Source of the DNA: Candidatus Scatosoma sp.
GTDB lineage: Bacteria; Bacillota; Clostridia; Christensenellales; Borkfalkiaceae
Assembly (NCBI GenBank): GCA_045534315.1
Contig: JAZSJN010000179.1
Span: 1 to 51,739 of the forward strand
DNA length: 51,739 nt
Reading direction: 5' to 3'
In this document: piece by piece, positions 7,959 to 17,850 of the stretch
Layout: each line of letters opens with the position of its first letter
Numbering within the stretch: the first letter of the stretch is position 1
The notes under the pieces: generated by a model
Told to the model about the DNA's origin: nothing
Seen by the model: the letters and a program-made list of their open reading frames with translations, nothing else
Database searches by the model: none
Made by a program: the position numbers and the translations under genes

Positions 7959-9119
7959 ATGAAAATTCTGCATACGTCCGATTGGCATATCGGAAAACGT
8001 TTAATAAACCGCGAACGTCTGGACGAGCAGACGGAAGTTTTGGATGAGATCGTCGAAATTTGTGACCGCGAAGGGGTGGAACTCGTCATTATTGCGGGCG
8101 ACGTGTTTGATACGTATACGCCTTCGGCGGAAGCGGAACGGCTGTTTTACAGCAAGATCAAGCTGGTTGCGGGGGAAAACCGCGCTGTGGTGATTGTCAG
8201 CGGCAATCACGACGACGGCGTGCGTTTATCTGCTGCCGCTCCCCTTTCGCAGGAGCAAGGGATTTATATTATCGGCAACGAACGGAGAATGTTTGCTTTT
8301 GGCGACACCGTCCGTCCCGTACGTCCGATTGCGAGCGGTAAGGGCTATGCGACGTTCGTAAACGAAAAAGGGGAAAAGGTATTTTTGTCCTTTCTGCCCT
8401 ATCCCAACGAAGCGAGATTTAAGGAAGAAAAATCCGAACTGCCTTACGTGGAGCAAATGCAAAAATGGATCGAAGAAGGGGAGAGCGGCAACGTAGACAA
8501 ACTCCCGTCCGTTTTCGTGGGACATTTGTTCGTGGCGGGCGGCGCGGTATCGGACAGCGAACGGGAAATCGATCTTGGCGGTGCGCGCGCGATTCCCGTG
8601 GACGCTCTGCCAAAGAGCGATTATATCGCGCTGGGGCATTTGCATAAAAAGCAGCACATGGGCAAAGGGCATTGTTATTACAGCGGCTCGCCCCTGCAAT
8701 ACGCTTTTGACGAGCGCGCGGATAAGGGCGTAAAGGTGTTTGATTTGACATCGGACGGGGTACAAGATTTGCATGACGTACCGCTGACGAAGGGCAAAAA
8801 GCTCGTGCGATTGCAAGCGGACGACGTGGAGAGCGCGTTGACGTTATTGCAGGCTTATCCTGACGAACTGGTGGAGATGAAGTTGATTTTGACTGCGCCT
8901 TTGGTGGCGAGCGACGCGCAGGCGCTTTCAGCCAACAAAAATCTCGTATCGTTGATTGCGGAAGTGCGTACGGAAGAAAACTTGGCGTTTGAAAGCCGCA
9001 AAGGGCTGTCAAGTGAAACCCTGTTCGACCTTTTTTATAAAACGCATTACGGCGCAGAGCCGAAAGAAGAATTAAAGACGCTGTTTTTGCAGACGTTGAC
9101 GGAACTGGACGAAACATAA
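7959..9119 (+). CDS. sbcD: exonuclease SbcD (Mre11-type nuclease subunit)
   Basis: Calcineurin-like phosphoesterase motifs in order: HTSDWHIG, AGDVFD, GNHD, GHL, GHLH. RBS GGAGG. Followed 9 nt later by sbcC. Confidence 0.9.
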   Translation: MKILHTSDWHIGKRLINRERLDEQTEVLDEIVEICDREGVELVIIAGDVFDTYTPSAEAERLFYSKIKLVAGENRAVVIVSGNHDDGVRLSAAAPLSQEQGIYIIGNERRMFAFGDTVRPVRPIASGKGYATFVNEKGEKVFLSFLPYPNEARFKEEKSELPYVEQMQKWIEEGESGNVDKLPSVFVGHLFVAGGAVSDSEREIDLGGARAIPVDALPKSDYIALGHLHKKQHMGKGHCYYSGSPLQYAFDERADKGVKVFDLTSDGVQDLHDVPLTKGKKLVRLQADDVESALTLLQAYPDELVEMKLILTAPLVASDAQALSANKNLVSLIAEVRTEENLAFESRKGLSSETLFDLFYKTHYGAEPKEELKTLFLQTLTELDET

Positions 9120-9128
9120 GGAGCAAAT

Positions 9129-11705
9129 ATGAAACCGATTTACCTTGAATTTTGCGGAATCAACAGTTTTTCCGAAAAGACGGAAATTGATTTCCGCGCC
9201 CTTTTGTCGGGCGGGGTATTCGGTATTTTCGGGGACACCGGGAGTGGGAAAAGCACGATTTTGGACTGTATCCACTTGGCTCTTTACGGACAGATTGAAC
9301 GGAGCAGCGGCGGGGATTTTATTCACTACGGCGCGGATAGCGCATACGTGACCTTTGATTTTGAAATCGTAATGGACGGTGTTCGGCGGACTTTTCGGGT
9401 ACATAGAGAGCGTCGCCGTAAAAACAACGTGGGCAAAGCGCAGTTGTACGAATTTAAAGACGGCGGGTGGTTTGCGCTTGCCGACGGCACGCGCGACGTA
9501 AACGACGCCTTGGAAAAAATTATCGGATTGACCTTTGCCGATTTTAAAATGTGTATTGCCCTGCCGCAAGGGGATTTTGCGGCGCTTGTCAAATCCACGC
9601 CGTCAGAGCGGATAAGACTCGTTTCTCGGCTTTTCGATTTGGAAAAGTACGGGGAACGGCTGTTTAAGGCGGTCAGCGAAAAATATTACGCCGCGGAATC
9701 GGAAGTGAAAGTCATCCAAGGTCAGATGGGACAAAACGAAAGTGGAAACGACGAAAATATCGAACTGAAAAAGAGTGAGATTGAACAGACGAAGACGGCG
9801 TTAAAGGAAAGGGCGGCTGCGTTGGAAAAGGCGGAAATCGCCTACCAAACGGCGCGGGAATTACAAAAGGAAAAATCGGCGTTTGACGAGTTGAAAAAGA
9901 CTTTGGAACAATTAACCGCGCAGTTGCCGCAAATGGAAACGTTGCGCGTACGGACGGAGCGGTTACCTTATGCCAAGGCGGTAAAACGGGAATACGACGG
10001 TTTGCAAGCTAACCGTGACGAGCGGATACGCGCGCAACAGAAAGGGATGAGAGCCGAGCAAAATGCAAAATCGGCGGAGTGCGACTATACGCAGGCGCAA
10101 GAGCGCTTTACGGCAGCCGATTACGACGGCAACGCTGTGAAATTGTCGGTGTCGTTGGAACGGGTAAAAAGCGCAGACGCGGACATCAAAGCAGAAAAAG
10201 ATGCCTATAAAAAATGGCAGGACTGCGTTGCAGAATATAAAAAATTGGGGAAAGAAAATCCCTACGTGGATTTTGACGGACTAAAAGCGGAAAAAGAAAC
10301 GGAATTGGAAGCGTTAGGCCAGGACGGATCTTTGCTTGATTATATCAAACGCAACGCAAAGGACGTGTTGCTTGTGGACGCGTACGGGGAATTTCGCACC
10401 GATCTTCGCGAGCTTTCCCAAAAGCACCCGTCCACGGCGGAAGACGTCGCGTTGCTGATTGAAAAATATACCCTGACGGAAAGCGACAAGACGTTGGACG
10501 TAGGGTTGCTGAACGCAGAGTTTAAGTCAATTGAACAAAAACGCAAGCTTTTGCAAGAAGAACTGCGGAAATTAGACGTGCAAAAATCAGCGTATGAGAT
10601 CAGCGAAACTCGCCGCGCCGCTTTAATAGAACAGGGCACGCGTTATCACGAACAGTACGACGCGCTGGCGGCAAAAAACGCGGAAGTGAATGCGTTGGGT
10701 ACGCAAGCGGAAATAGAAAAACGCTTGCAAGTTTTGCAGGCGGACAAAACAACGGCGCAAGGAAAGCTGGACGACGCGTTAAAGGCGTGGAACGGGTATT
10801 TGGCGGAAAAACAAGCGCAAGAGACCTTGGCGCAGCGTTGTAAAGATGCGGAAAAGGGCTTGCTAGACGCGTTGGAAAGGGCGGTACAAGAGAGCGGTTT
10901 TGCTACGGCGACGGACGCGATCGCGCTTATTGAAACTTTAGACGATGAACAGATAGAAAATTGCAGAGCGTTTTTTGAAAAATACGCTGTGGTCAAGGGT
11001 AAATACGACGAAACGGACAAGACGAAATTCGACGGTTTTGACGAAACTGCGGCGGCGCGGGCTTTGGCGCAAAAGCAGGAAATTACAAGCGCGCATACGG
11101 AGCTTACCAAGCGTTTGGCGACGCTTGAAACGGAGTTGAATAATTTGCTCGCCTTGCGGGAACGCAATCGTGCTCTTGCCGAAAAGTTGCAGGAAAAACA
11201 AAAGCGTATGGACCTTTGCGAAGAACTGCGTAATTTACTGAAATCCAATCGTTTTTTGGGCTTTATCGCTTCCGAATACTTACAAGAAATTTGCATATCG
11301 GCAAGCGGACAACTTCGAAAATTGACGGCGGGAAGATATTTTTTACATTACGACGAAGAGTTCAAGGTCGGGGACAATTTGGACGGTGGAAACTTCCGTG
11401 CGGTAAAGACCCTTTCGGGGGGTGAAACCTTTTTGGTTTCTTTGTCGCTAGCATTGTCGCTTTCGCAGGCAATCTGTCAAAAATCCATGCGGCCGATTGA
11501 ATTTTTCTTCTTGGACGAAGGGTTTGGTACGTTGGATGATAAGCTGGTCAACGTCGTCATGGACGTATTGGGACGGCTGAGTAAAGATTTTGCGGTGGGA
11601 TTGATTTCGCACGTGGAAGAATTGAAACACCGCATAGACAATAAAATATTGGTGAGCGGCGCAACGGAAACCCACGGTTCAAGAGTGCGTATGGAGCGGT
11701 TTTAA
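9129..11705 (+). CDS. sbcC: SbcC/Rad50-family ATPase (short, 858 aa; no CxxC hook seen)
   Basis: Walker A GDTGSGKST, Q-loop ALPQGDF, long heptad-rich central region, signature LSGGETFLVSLSLALS, Walker B FFFLDEGFGTLD, H-loop ISHV. Confidence 0.85.
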   Translation: MKPIYLEFCGINSFSEKTEIDFRALLSGGVFGIFGDTGSGKSTILDCIHLALYGQIERSSGGDFIHYGADSAYVTFDFEIVMDGVRRTFRVHRERRRKNNVGKAQLYEFKDGGWFALADGTRDVNDALEKIIGLTFADFKMCIALPQGDFAALVKSTPSERIRLVSRLFDLEKYGERLFKAVSEKYYAAESEVKVIQGQMGQNESGNDENIELKKSEIEQTKTALKERAAALEKAEIAYQTARELQKEKSAFDELKKTLEQLTAQLPQMETLRVRTERLPYAKAVKREYDGLQANRDERIRAQQKGMRAEQNAKSAECDYTQAQERFTAADYDGNAVKLSVSLERVKSADADIKAEKDAYKKWQDCVAEYKKLGKENPYVDFDGLKAEKETELEALGQDGSLLDYIKRNAKDVLLVDAYGEFRTDLRELSQKHPSTAEDVALLIEKYTLTESDKTLDVGLLNAEFKSIEQKRKLLQEELRKLDVQKSAYEISETRRAALIEQGTRYHEQYDALAAKNAEVNALGTQAEIEKRLQVLQADKTTAQGKLDDALKAWNGYLAEKQAQETLAQRCKDAEKGLLDALERAVQESGFATATDAIALIETLDDEQIENCRAFFEKYAVVKGKYDETDKTKFDGFDETAAARALAQKQEITSAHTELTKRLATLETELNNLLALRERNRALAEKLQEKQKRMDLCEELRNLLKSNRFLGFIASEYLQEICISASGQLRKLTAGRYFLHYDEEFKVGDNLDGGNFRAVKTLSGGETFLVSLSLALSLSQAICQKSMRPIEFFFLDEGFGTLDDKLVNVVMDVLGRLSKDFAVGLISHVEELKHRIDNKILVSGATETHGSRVRMERF

Positions 11706-11779
11706 ACCATACGCAGGGCAATCCTAACCGCCGCAACGAAATAGAGATGTAAAAATAACCATAGGTCGGGAAAAGAACG

Positions 11780-13477
11780 ATGATCGTAAGCGCAATAGCT
11801 TTATGGAAAAAATTTAACTTAAAAAATCCTTTGGATATAAGCGAGTGGGATATTGAAGAACGTGACGGCGTAAGACGTAGCAACGTGTCTTATTCGGGGC
11901 ATAAAGTCGGTGATGACAGCGTGCGTATTTATGCGCGATATGTCCGTTCGATCAAACCGGGTAAGCAACCTGCGATACTGCTGCTCAACGATATCGGCGT
12001 AACGCCCGACGAAGAGCTGGCGAATTATTTTCTTCAAAAAGGCTATGCGGTTCTGATGCCCGATTATACGGGGGAAATGAGTTCGGACGGCGAAGGGGTG
12101 ATGCGGACGGTGTACCCGCCCGCGCTTTCCTACGGGAATTACGAACAGCAACAAGGCTTTACCCATACGGACGATTTGCCTGCCGATGAAACGACGTGGT
12201 TCGAGTGGACGTACGTGGCATTATATTCGATTGAGTTTTTACGGGCGCAGGAAGAGATTGGCAATATCGGTATCGTGGGGATTAGAACGGGCGGCGAAGT
12301 TGCTTGGCATGCCATGCTTTCTCCGCACGTAAAATGCGGTGTACCGATCAATGCGGCGGGTTGGCATTCCGTACAAAATATCGGGAAGTTCAGCGACGAT
12401 ATTGCGCACAATCTCAGCGATAATCGGCACAAATATATTGCCGCAACGGAAGCGCAATCTTACGCGCCTTACGTCAATTGTCCGGTATTGATGCTCTGCG
12501 CGTTGCGTGATCAGGGATTTGATTGCGACCGTGCGTATGATACCTATTCCCGTATTGGAAATACGGACGGAAACGCCTTGGCGTATTCGCCAGAAAGCGG
12601 CGCGTGCATCGGTCAGTACGCTTTGGCGAATATGGATTTGTTCTTGGAAAAGAATTTAAAGGGCAGGGAAATTTATATTCCCGACACGTTGAACGTTGCC
12701 CTTCAAGAAACGGCTGATGGGCTTGAAATCACGGTCGGCAGCGATAAGGAAGGTTTGTTGGAAGAAATCGGGATCTTTTACGCGGAAGCGGATGCCAACA
12801 AAAAATCGACCTGCCGCGAATGGAGACATATCTATAAAATCGACGGGGGAGCGGTGAAAAACGGCACGGTGGTGCACACGGTAAAACCTTTTGCGGGCAC
12901 GCCTGCCGTGTTCGTGTTTGCCTATGCAAAATATTTCAACGGGTTCCGCGTTATGTCCAAGATCGCCTGTAAACGGTTGACGAACCCGAATACCAGCGCG
13001 GTCAAGAGCAGAATGCTCTTTTCCGGCAAGGAAATGGATTCGTTTAGTATTGCGCGACACGAAGATTATTCGATCGGGAATATCTTTTTGTGGCGGGAAG
13101 CCGTACCTAAAATTACGACGGGTTACGGCGGTATTCAGGGTGCATATTCGGTAGGCGGTATTAAGACCTACAAAATCAGCTCGCCCATGTATTTGCCTGA
13201 AGAGAACGCCATGCTGGAATTTGACGTGTACACAGCGGAATCGCAGACGTTGCAGGTCGAGATTGAAGTGGCGGAAATGGAAGAGCAAGAACGTTATCTT
13301 TGCCAAGTGGACGTCAAAGGCGGCGGCAAGTGGAAGCGTATCATTTTAAAGGCTGCGGATTTTAAAGCGGTAACGAACGGGAGATCTTTAAGAAGTTTTG
13401 CGGACGGCAGCGGCTTGTCTTTTGATTGCGCGGGCGAAGAAAAGGAATACGCCGTTACAAATATTTTGTGGCTGTAA
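11780..13477 (+). CDS. alpha/beta-hydrolase-fold protein (acetyl-xylan-esterase/dienelactone-hydrolase-like N-terminal half) with beta-rich C-terminal domain; nucleophile motif not evident
   Basis: The N-terminal pattern (VSYSG...VRIYARY..........PAILLLNDIG....E..ANYF...GYAVLMPDY.G) resembles AXE1/DLH-type esterases. At the expected nucleophile elbow the sequence is GIRTGG, not GxSxG. Confidence 0.5.
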   Translation: MIVSAIALWKKFNLKNPLDISEWDIEERDGVRRSNVSYSGHKVGDDSVRIYARYVRSIKPGKQPAILLLNDIGVTPDEELANYFLQKGYAVLMPDYTGEMSSDGEGVMRTVYPPALSYGNYEQQQGFTHTDDLPADETTWFEWTYVALYSIEFLRAQEEIGNIGIVGIRTGGEVAWHAMLSPHVKCGVPINAAGWHSVQNIGKFSDDIAHNLSDNRHKYIAATEAQSYAPYVNCPVLMLCALRDQGFDCDRAYDTYSRIGNTDGNALAYSPESGACIGQYALANMDLFLEKNLKGREIYIPDTLNVALQETADGLEITVGSDKEGLLEEIGIFYAEADANKKSTCREWRHIYKIDGGAVKNGTVVHTVKPFAGTPAVFVFAYAKYFNGFRVMSKIACKRLTNPNTSAVKSRMLFSGKEMDSFSIARHEDYSIGNIFLWREAVPKITTGYGGIQGAYSVGGIKTYKISSPMYLPEENAMLEFDVYTAESQTLQVEIEVAEMEEQERYLCQVDVKGGGKWKRIILKAADFKAVTNGRSLRSFADGSGLSFDCAGEEKEYAVTNILWL

Positions 13478-13504
13478 CGTGCTACAAGGTAATAGGTGCG
13501 GAAT

Positions 13505-13687
13505 ATGTTGGAAACGGGTACGGTTATCATCATGAAAAAGGCGCATCCTTGCGGCGGTACGGCGTGGGAGATCGTGCGCGTTGGCGTGGATATAAAATTG
13601 CAATGTAAAACTTGCGGGAAATATATCAATTTAACGCGGGACGAGTTGAAAAAACGGGCGAAAGCACAGCCTAAGGATAAAGAGTAG
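13505..13687 (+). CDS. DUF951-family small protein
   Basis: MLETGTVIIMKKAHPCGGTAWEIVRVGVDIKLQCKTCGKYINLTRDELKKR matches the conserved DUF951 pattern (KK.HPCG...W.I.R.G.DI...C..C......R). The start is set at ATG 13505, 6 nt after AGGTG. Confidence 0.75.
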   Translation: MLETGTVIIMKKAHPCGGTAWEIVRVGVDIKLQCKTCGKYINLTRDELKKRAKAQPKDKE

Positions 13688-13692
13688 AGCGT

Positions 13693-14484
13693 ATGTTTGG
13701 AAAGAGTAGAAAAACGGAAAATCAGGAAGAACAGGTATACAACGAAGAAGAGCGTCGTTCCAACGCGCGCTTTTTCGCGGTTTTGCTTTCTGTTTTGGCG
13801 GTGATAATGCTCTTCCTTAATTTTTGGACGACCAATTTCAGTTTTGTATTGGTATCGGGCAGTTCGATGGACAAGACTTTATACAGCGGCGAATATCTTT
13901 TGTCTTATAAGGTGGTAAATCCCGAATACGAATTGGAGCGTGGCGACATTATCGTCGTAAACGTCAGCCATATCCCCGAATGGCAAAAAGAAAACGAAGG
14001 AAAGCCCACCCATAGACAAACGCATTTTATTATCAAGCGGTTGATCGGTTTGGAAGGGGATATTGTCCGTTGCGAAAACGGGGAGATGGAGATCTGTTAC
14101 GCGGGGACTTGGAATGAAACGATGGCGTACGAGGATTATCCTTTTGTGGCGTTGGACGAGCCCTATGCGTATTACGACGAAAACAAAGGGGGTAAAAACG
14201 CCGTTTGCAACACGTTTGAATATACGGTGGGCGACGGGGAAATATTCTTCCTTGGGGATAATCGAAACACCAGCTCGGACAGCCGTTACGGCATTAAAAA
14301 CCAAGACGGAACAGACGCGGGATATTCGCAATTGGACGGACGGTTGTATAAGATCGCAGACGTTACGGCAACTGTGCCGAATTGGGCGTTAAAACGGCAA
14401 AAGGGATTGCAAAAATATTTGGTAGAGATCCCCGAAAAGATTAAAAAAGTCCTGTTAAAACCTTTTCGGGAATTAAAAAAATAA
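13693..14484 (+). CDS. lepB: signal peptidase I
   Basis: N-terminal TM segment, catalytic Ser box VSGSSMDKTL, Lys box IKRLIGLEGD, and FFLGDNRNTSSDSRY. Confidence 0.9.
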   Translation: MFGKSRKTENQEEQVYNEEERRSNARFFAVLLSVLAVIMLFLNFWTTNFSFVLVSGSSMDKTLYSGEYLLSYKVVNPEYELERGDIIVVNVSHIPEWQKENEGKPTHRQTHFIIKRLIGLEGDIVRCENGEMEICYAGTWNETMAYEDYPFVALDEPYAYYDENKGGKNAVCNTFEYTVGDGEIFFLGDNRNTSSDSRYGIKNQDGTDAGYSQLDGRLYKIADVTATVPNWALKRQKGLQKYLVEIPEKIKKVLLKPFRELKK

Positions 14485-14525
14485 AAACATAGTCATAAAA
14501 ATTTTTAGCACAAGGAGAATGAATT

Positions 14526-15371
14526 ATGAGTATACGTATTACTTCGGATAGCACTTGCGATTTGGGACATTTGGTAGCGGAAAGAAATATCGGTATTTTA
14601 CCGTTGCAGGTCAATTTAGATGCCGATTCTTTTTACGACGGCGTGGATATTACGCCCGAAGACATTTTCAAATTTGTGGAAGAGAAGAAGATTTTGCCCA
14701 AAACCAGTGCGCCCAGCATCGGGGATTATGAAGAATTTTTTGCAAAGGAGCTTGAAAACTACGACGAAGTAATCCACTTTAATATTTCAGCAAAAAGCTC
14801 TGGTTCGCACAACATGGCAAAGCAGGCGGCAGAGAGTTTTAACGGTAAAGTGCGCGTTGTCGATTCGATGGCACTTTCCTCCGGTCAGGGTTTGCTCGTA
14901 TTAAAGGCGGCGGATATGCGTGATGCAGGCAATAGCGCGGACGAGATCGTGGCGGCGGTAGAAGAACTCCGTACCCGCGTCAATACGTCCTTTATTCCCG
15001 ACAGCTTGGATTATCTGCACAAGGGCGGCAGAGTTTCGGGTATGGTAAAGCTTGCGGCGGGCTTGTTTAAAATTCATCCGCTTATCATGATGGACAACGG
15101 TCAGCTCGTGCCTGGCAAGAAATACAAGGGTAAAATGTCTGTGATCATTAAACAGTACATCGACGATCTTTACAACATGTATCCCAACTACGACAAAACG
15201 CGCTGCTTTATTACCCATTCGACGGCTGATCCCGAACTGGTGGCGGCGGCAAAAGAAAAAGTGCAAGAATTGTTTAAGTTTGACGAAGTGATCGAAACGG
15301 TAGCCGGTTCGATCGTTACCAGCCATTGCGGTAAAAATACGCTGGGCGTTCTGTTCGTTTACAACAAATAA
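14526..15371 (+). CDS. DegV-family fatty-acid-binding protein
   Basis: IRITSDSTCDL at the N-terminus, PKTSAPS, ISAKSSGS, and YLHKGGR are classical DegV motifs. RBS AAGGAG. Confidence 0.85.
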   Translation: MSIRITSDSTCDLGHLVAERNIGILPLQVNLDADSFYDGVDITPEDIFKFVEEKKILPKTSAPSIGDYEEFFAKELENYDEVIHFNISAKSSGSHNMAKQAAESFNGKVRVVDSMALSSGQGLLVLKAADMRDAGNSADEIVAAVEELRTRVNTSFIPDSLDYLHKGGRVSGMVKLAAGLFKIHPLIMMDNGQLVPGKKYKGKMSVIIKQYIDDLYNMYPNYDKTRCFITHSTADPELVAAAKEKVQELFKFDEVIETVAGSIVTSHCGKNTLGVLFVYNK

Positions 15372-15397
15372 ACCCGAAGAATTTGGAGAAAAATAGA

Positions 15398-16006
15398 ATG
15401 GTAACCGTTTACAAAGACGCCGATTATGTATCGGTGTGCAAACAAAGGAATCGCACGTTAGGCGTATTTTGGGCGGCAACGTTGACGTATTTGGCGTTTT
15501 GCGGCGCGTGGCTTGCTTATCACGTATCTTTACCCTACAAAGATCCGATGCTGAAATTGCCCAAGATATTCGTAATCAGCGCAACCGTCGTATATATGAC
15601 GCTTATTTTCCCGTTTATGGCAATCAAATTTGGCAGAGTTAACCGCTATTATAAATTGCTTGGATATTTATCCGAAGGGTTGAAAAGGGAAGAAAAAAAT
15701 TATTTTTACTGTTTTGAAGAAAAAGCGTTGCAAAAGGACAACGTAGACGTCATGGGTTGCGTGTTTGAAACGTGGAGCAAAAAACGCAGCGAATGGATGG
15801 AGCGCGAAGCCTTTTGGGACAAGGAAAAGCCTTTGCCTGATCTGGATAGCGGCGACTACGTGCAATATATCGTGCAGAGTAATTTTATCGTGCAATATGA
15901 AATTTTGCAAAAGCAGGCGTTGGAATTTCAGGAAGAGGACGACGAGAGTGCCGTGCAAGAACGGATAACGGAAAAAACCGCGGAGCAAACGCCGCAGGCA
16001 GAATAA
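15398..16006 (+). CDS. hypothetical membrane protein (2 predicted TM segments, acidic C-terminus)
   Basis: ORF with GGAG 9 nt upstream of ATG 15398; the TTG at 15383 in the ORF track is part of the RBS region. Hydrophobic stretches LGVFWAATLTYLAFCGAWLAY and IFVISATVVYMTLIFPFMAI. No family recognised. Confidence 0.6.
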   Translation: MVTVYKDADYVSVCKQRNRTLGVFWAATLTYLAFCGAWLAYHVSLPYKDPMLKLPKIFVISATVVYMTLIFPFMAIKFGRVNRYYKLLGYLSEGLKREEKNYFYCFEEKALQKDNVDVMGCVFETWSKKRSEWMEREAFWDKEKPLPDLDSGDYVQYIVQSNFIVQYEILQKQALEFQEEDDESAVQERITEKTAEQTPQAE

Positions 16007-16048
16007 ATAAAAAGAGAGAATAAAAAAAGAAAAAAAGGAGAAATACGT

Positions 16049-16318
16049 ATGAAAGCAGTTGTAACCGTAACAGGTAAAGACCAAAAAGGTATTATTGCAA
16101 AGGTAAGCTCGTTTTTGGCAGACAAGGGTGTCAATATTGAAGATATTTCGCAGACCGTTCTCGGTGAATATTTTGCCATGATTATGATCGCGGATCTCGC
16201 CGAAGCAAAGCAAGAACTTTCCGCTTTGGCGAAAGAGTGCGCGGAACTGGGGAAACAAATTGGCATGGCGATCTATATGCAGCACGAAGACATCTTCAAC
16301 GCTATGCACAACATTTGA
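16049..16318 (+). CDS. ACT-domain protein (UPF0237 family)
   Basis: The 89-aa protein MKAVVTVTGKDQKGIIAKVS..LA...VNIEDISQT....YF.M is the typical ACT-domain partner encoded upstream of UPF0210 genes. Confidence 0.8.
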   Translation: MKAVVTVTGKDQKGIIAKVSSFLADKGVNIEDISQTVLGEYFAMIMIADLAEAKQELSALAKECAELGKQIGMAIYMQHEDIFNAMHNI

Positions 16319-16333
16319 TCGGAGGAGTATGGT

Positions 16334-17689
16334 ATGTTCAGTAATAACGACGTTCTCGAAACGATCGCCATGGTGCAGGAAGAACACTTAGATATTCGTA
16401 CGATCACCATGGGCTTGTCCCTGTTTAGTTGTATCCGCGATACGGCGGAAGAAACGGCAAAAAAAGTATATGATCTCGTCTGTTCAAAGGCGGAAAATAT
16501 CGTTAAGACGGCGGCTGACCTTTCGGGTGAATACGGTATTCCCATCGTCAATAAACGCGTATCGGTAACCCCCGTCAGCTTGCTCTGCGCGGCGTTTCCT
16601 GAAAAAGCCCCTTTGATCGGTAAGGCGCTCGACGATGCGGCGGCGACGTTGGGTATCGACTTTTTAGGCGGATATTCCGCGCTCGTGCATAAATCAATGG
16701 CGGAATATGAAAGGATTTTTATCCGTACCATTCCCGAAGTTTTGGCGACGACCAAACGGCTTTGTTCGTCCGTCAACGTCGGTTCGACGAAATCGGGTAT
16801 CAATATGGAAGCGGTCAAAATGCTGGGTGAGGTGTTTAAGGAAGCGGCATTTTTGACAAAAGAACAGGACGGTATCGGCGCGGCGAAGCTGGTGGCGTTC
16901 TGTAACGCGGTGGAAGACAATCCGTTTATGGCGGGTGCGTTCCACGGCGTAGGCGAAGCGGACGTAGTCGTCAACGTCGGCGTTTCCGGACCTGGTGTTG
17001 TAAAACACGCTTTGGAAAAAATTCCCGACGCCAATTTGACGGACGCGGCGGAAATGATCAAGCGTACGGCGTTTAAGATTACCCGCGCGGGACAGCTTGT
17101 CGCAAAAGAAGCGGCAAAGCGTTTGAACGCGCAGTTCGGTATCGTTGATTTATCCCTTGCGCCCACGCCCGCTGTGGGGGATTCGGTGGCGCAGATTTTG
17201 GAAGAACTCGGTATTGAAACGGTAGGCGGTCACGGTACGACGGCGGCGCTTGCCATGCTCAACGACGCGGTAAAGAAGGGGGGCGTTATGGCGTCTTCGC
17301 GTGTTGGGGGGTTGTCGGGCGCGTTTATTCCCGTGTCGGAAGATATCGGTATGATCAAGGCTGCGGAAGCGGGCAAGATCACGCTGGATAAATTGGAAGC
17401 AATGACCTGCGTATGTAGCGTTGGTTTGGATATGATTGCAATCCCCGGCGATACGCCTGCGACGACGATCGCTGCAATGATAGCAGACGAAGCGGCGATC
17501 GGTATGATCAACAACAAGACGACGGCGGTGCGCATTATCCCTGCGCCCGATAAAAAAGTGGGCGATCAGGTCAGCTTTGGCGGATTACTTGGGCGCGCGC
17601 CGATTATGCCCGTGCATAACTGTGACAGCTCTCGTTTGATCAATCGCGGGGGAAATATACCTGCCCCGATCCACAGCTTTAAAAATTAA
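16334..17689 (+). CDS. UPF0210/DUF711-family protein
   Basis: 451 aa. The N-terminus ([20 protein letters not shown]) and the C-terminus ([13 protein letters not shown] ... [17 protein letters not shown] ... IPAP.HSFKN) match UPF0210. It is 15 nt downstream of the ACT gene. Confidence 0.8.
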   Translation: MFSNNDVLETIAMVQEEHLDIRTITMGLSLFSCIRDTAEETAKKVYDLVCSKAENIVKTAADLSGEYGIPIVNKRVSVTPVSLLCAAFPEKAPLIGKALDDAAATLGIDFLGGYSALVHKSMAEYERIFIRTIPEVLATTKRLCSSVNVGSTKSGINMEAVKMLGEVFKEAAFLTKEQDGIGAAKLVAFCNAVEDNPFMAGAFHGVGEADVVVNVGVSGPGVVKHALEKIPDANLTDAAEMIKRTAFKITRAGQLVAKEAAKRLNAQFGIVDLSLAPTPAVGDSVAQILEELGIETVGGHGTTAALAMLNDAVKKGGVMASSRVGGLSGAFIPVSEDIGMIKAAEAGKITLDKLEAMTCVCSVGLDMIAIPGDTPATTIAAMIADEAAIGMINNKTTAVRIIPAPDKKVGDQVSFGGLLGRAPIMPVHNCDSSRLINRGGNIPAPIHSFKN

Positions 17690-17850
17690 AACGACGTATA
17701 TGCGTCGCATTTCAGCGTTGTATCTGCGCACCCCTTGGTCACGTACGTCTATGTACGCTCCCGTCGGGGTGCTCGATACGCCTTGAACTGCTCGTATCTC
17801 CGCCGTTTTAACTCGACCAAAGTCCAAAATCAAGGAAAGAATAATCAGAG

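Noticed and set aside
7959-11705. The SbcD/SbcC pair as a candidate anti-phage nuclease-ATPase defence module (Lamassu/Gabija-like logic).
   Set aside because: SbcD has the full Mre11 phosphoesterase motif set, the two genes have the canonical sbcD-sbcC order and spacing, and they sit in a housekeeping context beside the DnaD-type gene. Only the missing CxxC hook is unusual, and that is reported separately.
16049-17689. The ACT-domain + UPF0210 pair as a possible novel system.
   Set aside because: Its function is unknown, but this is a widely conserved and long-catalogued gene pair in Firmicutes and archaea. Nothing unusual is visible in this copy.
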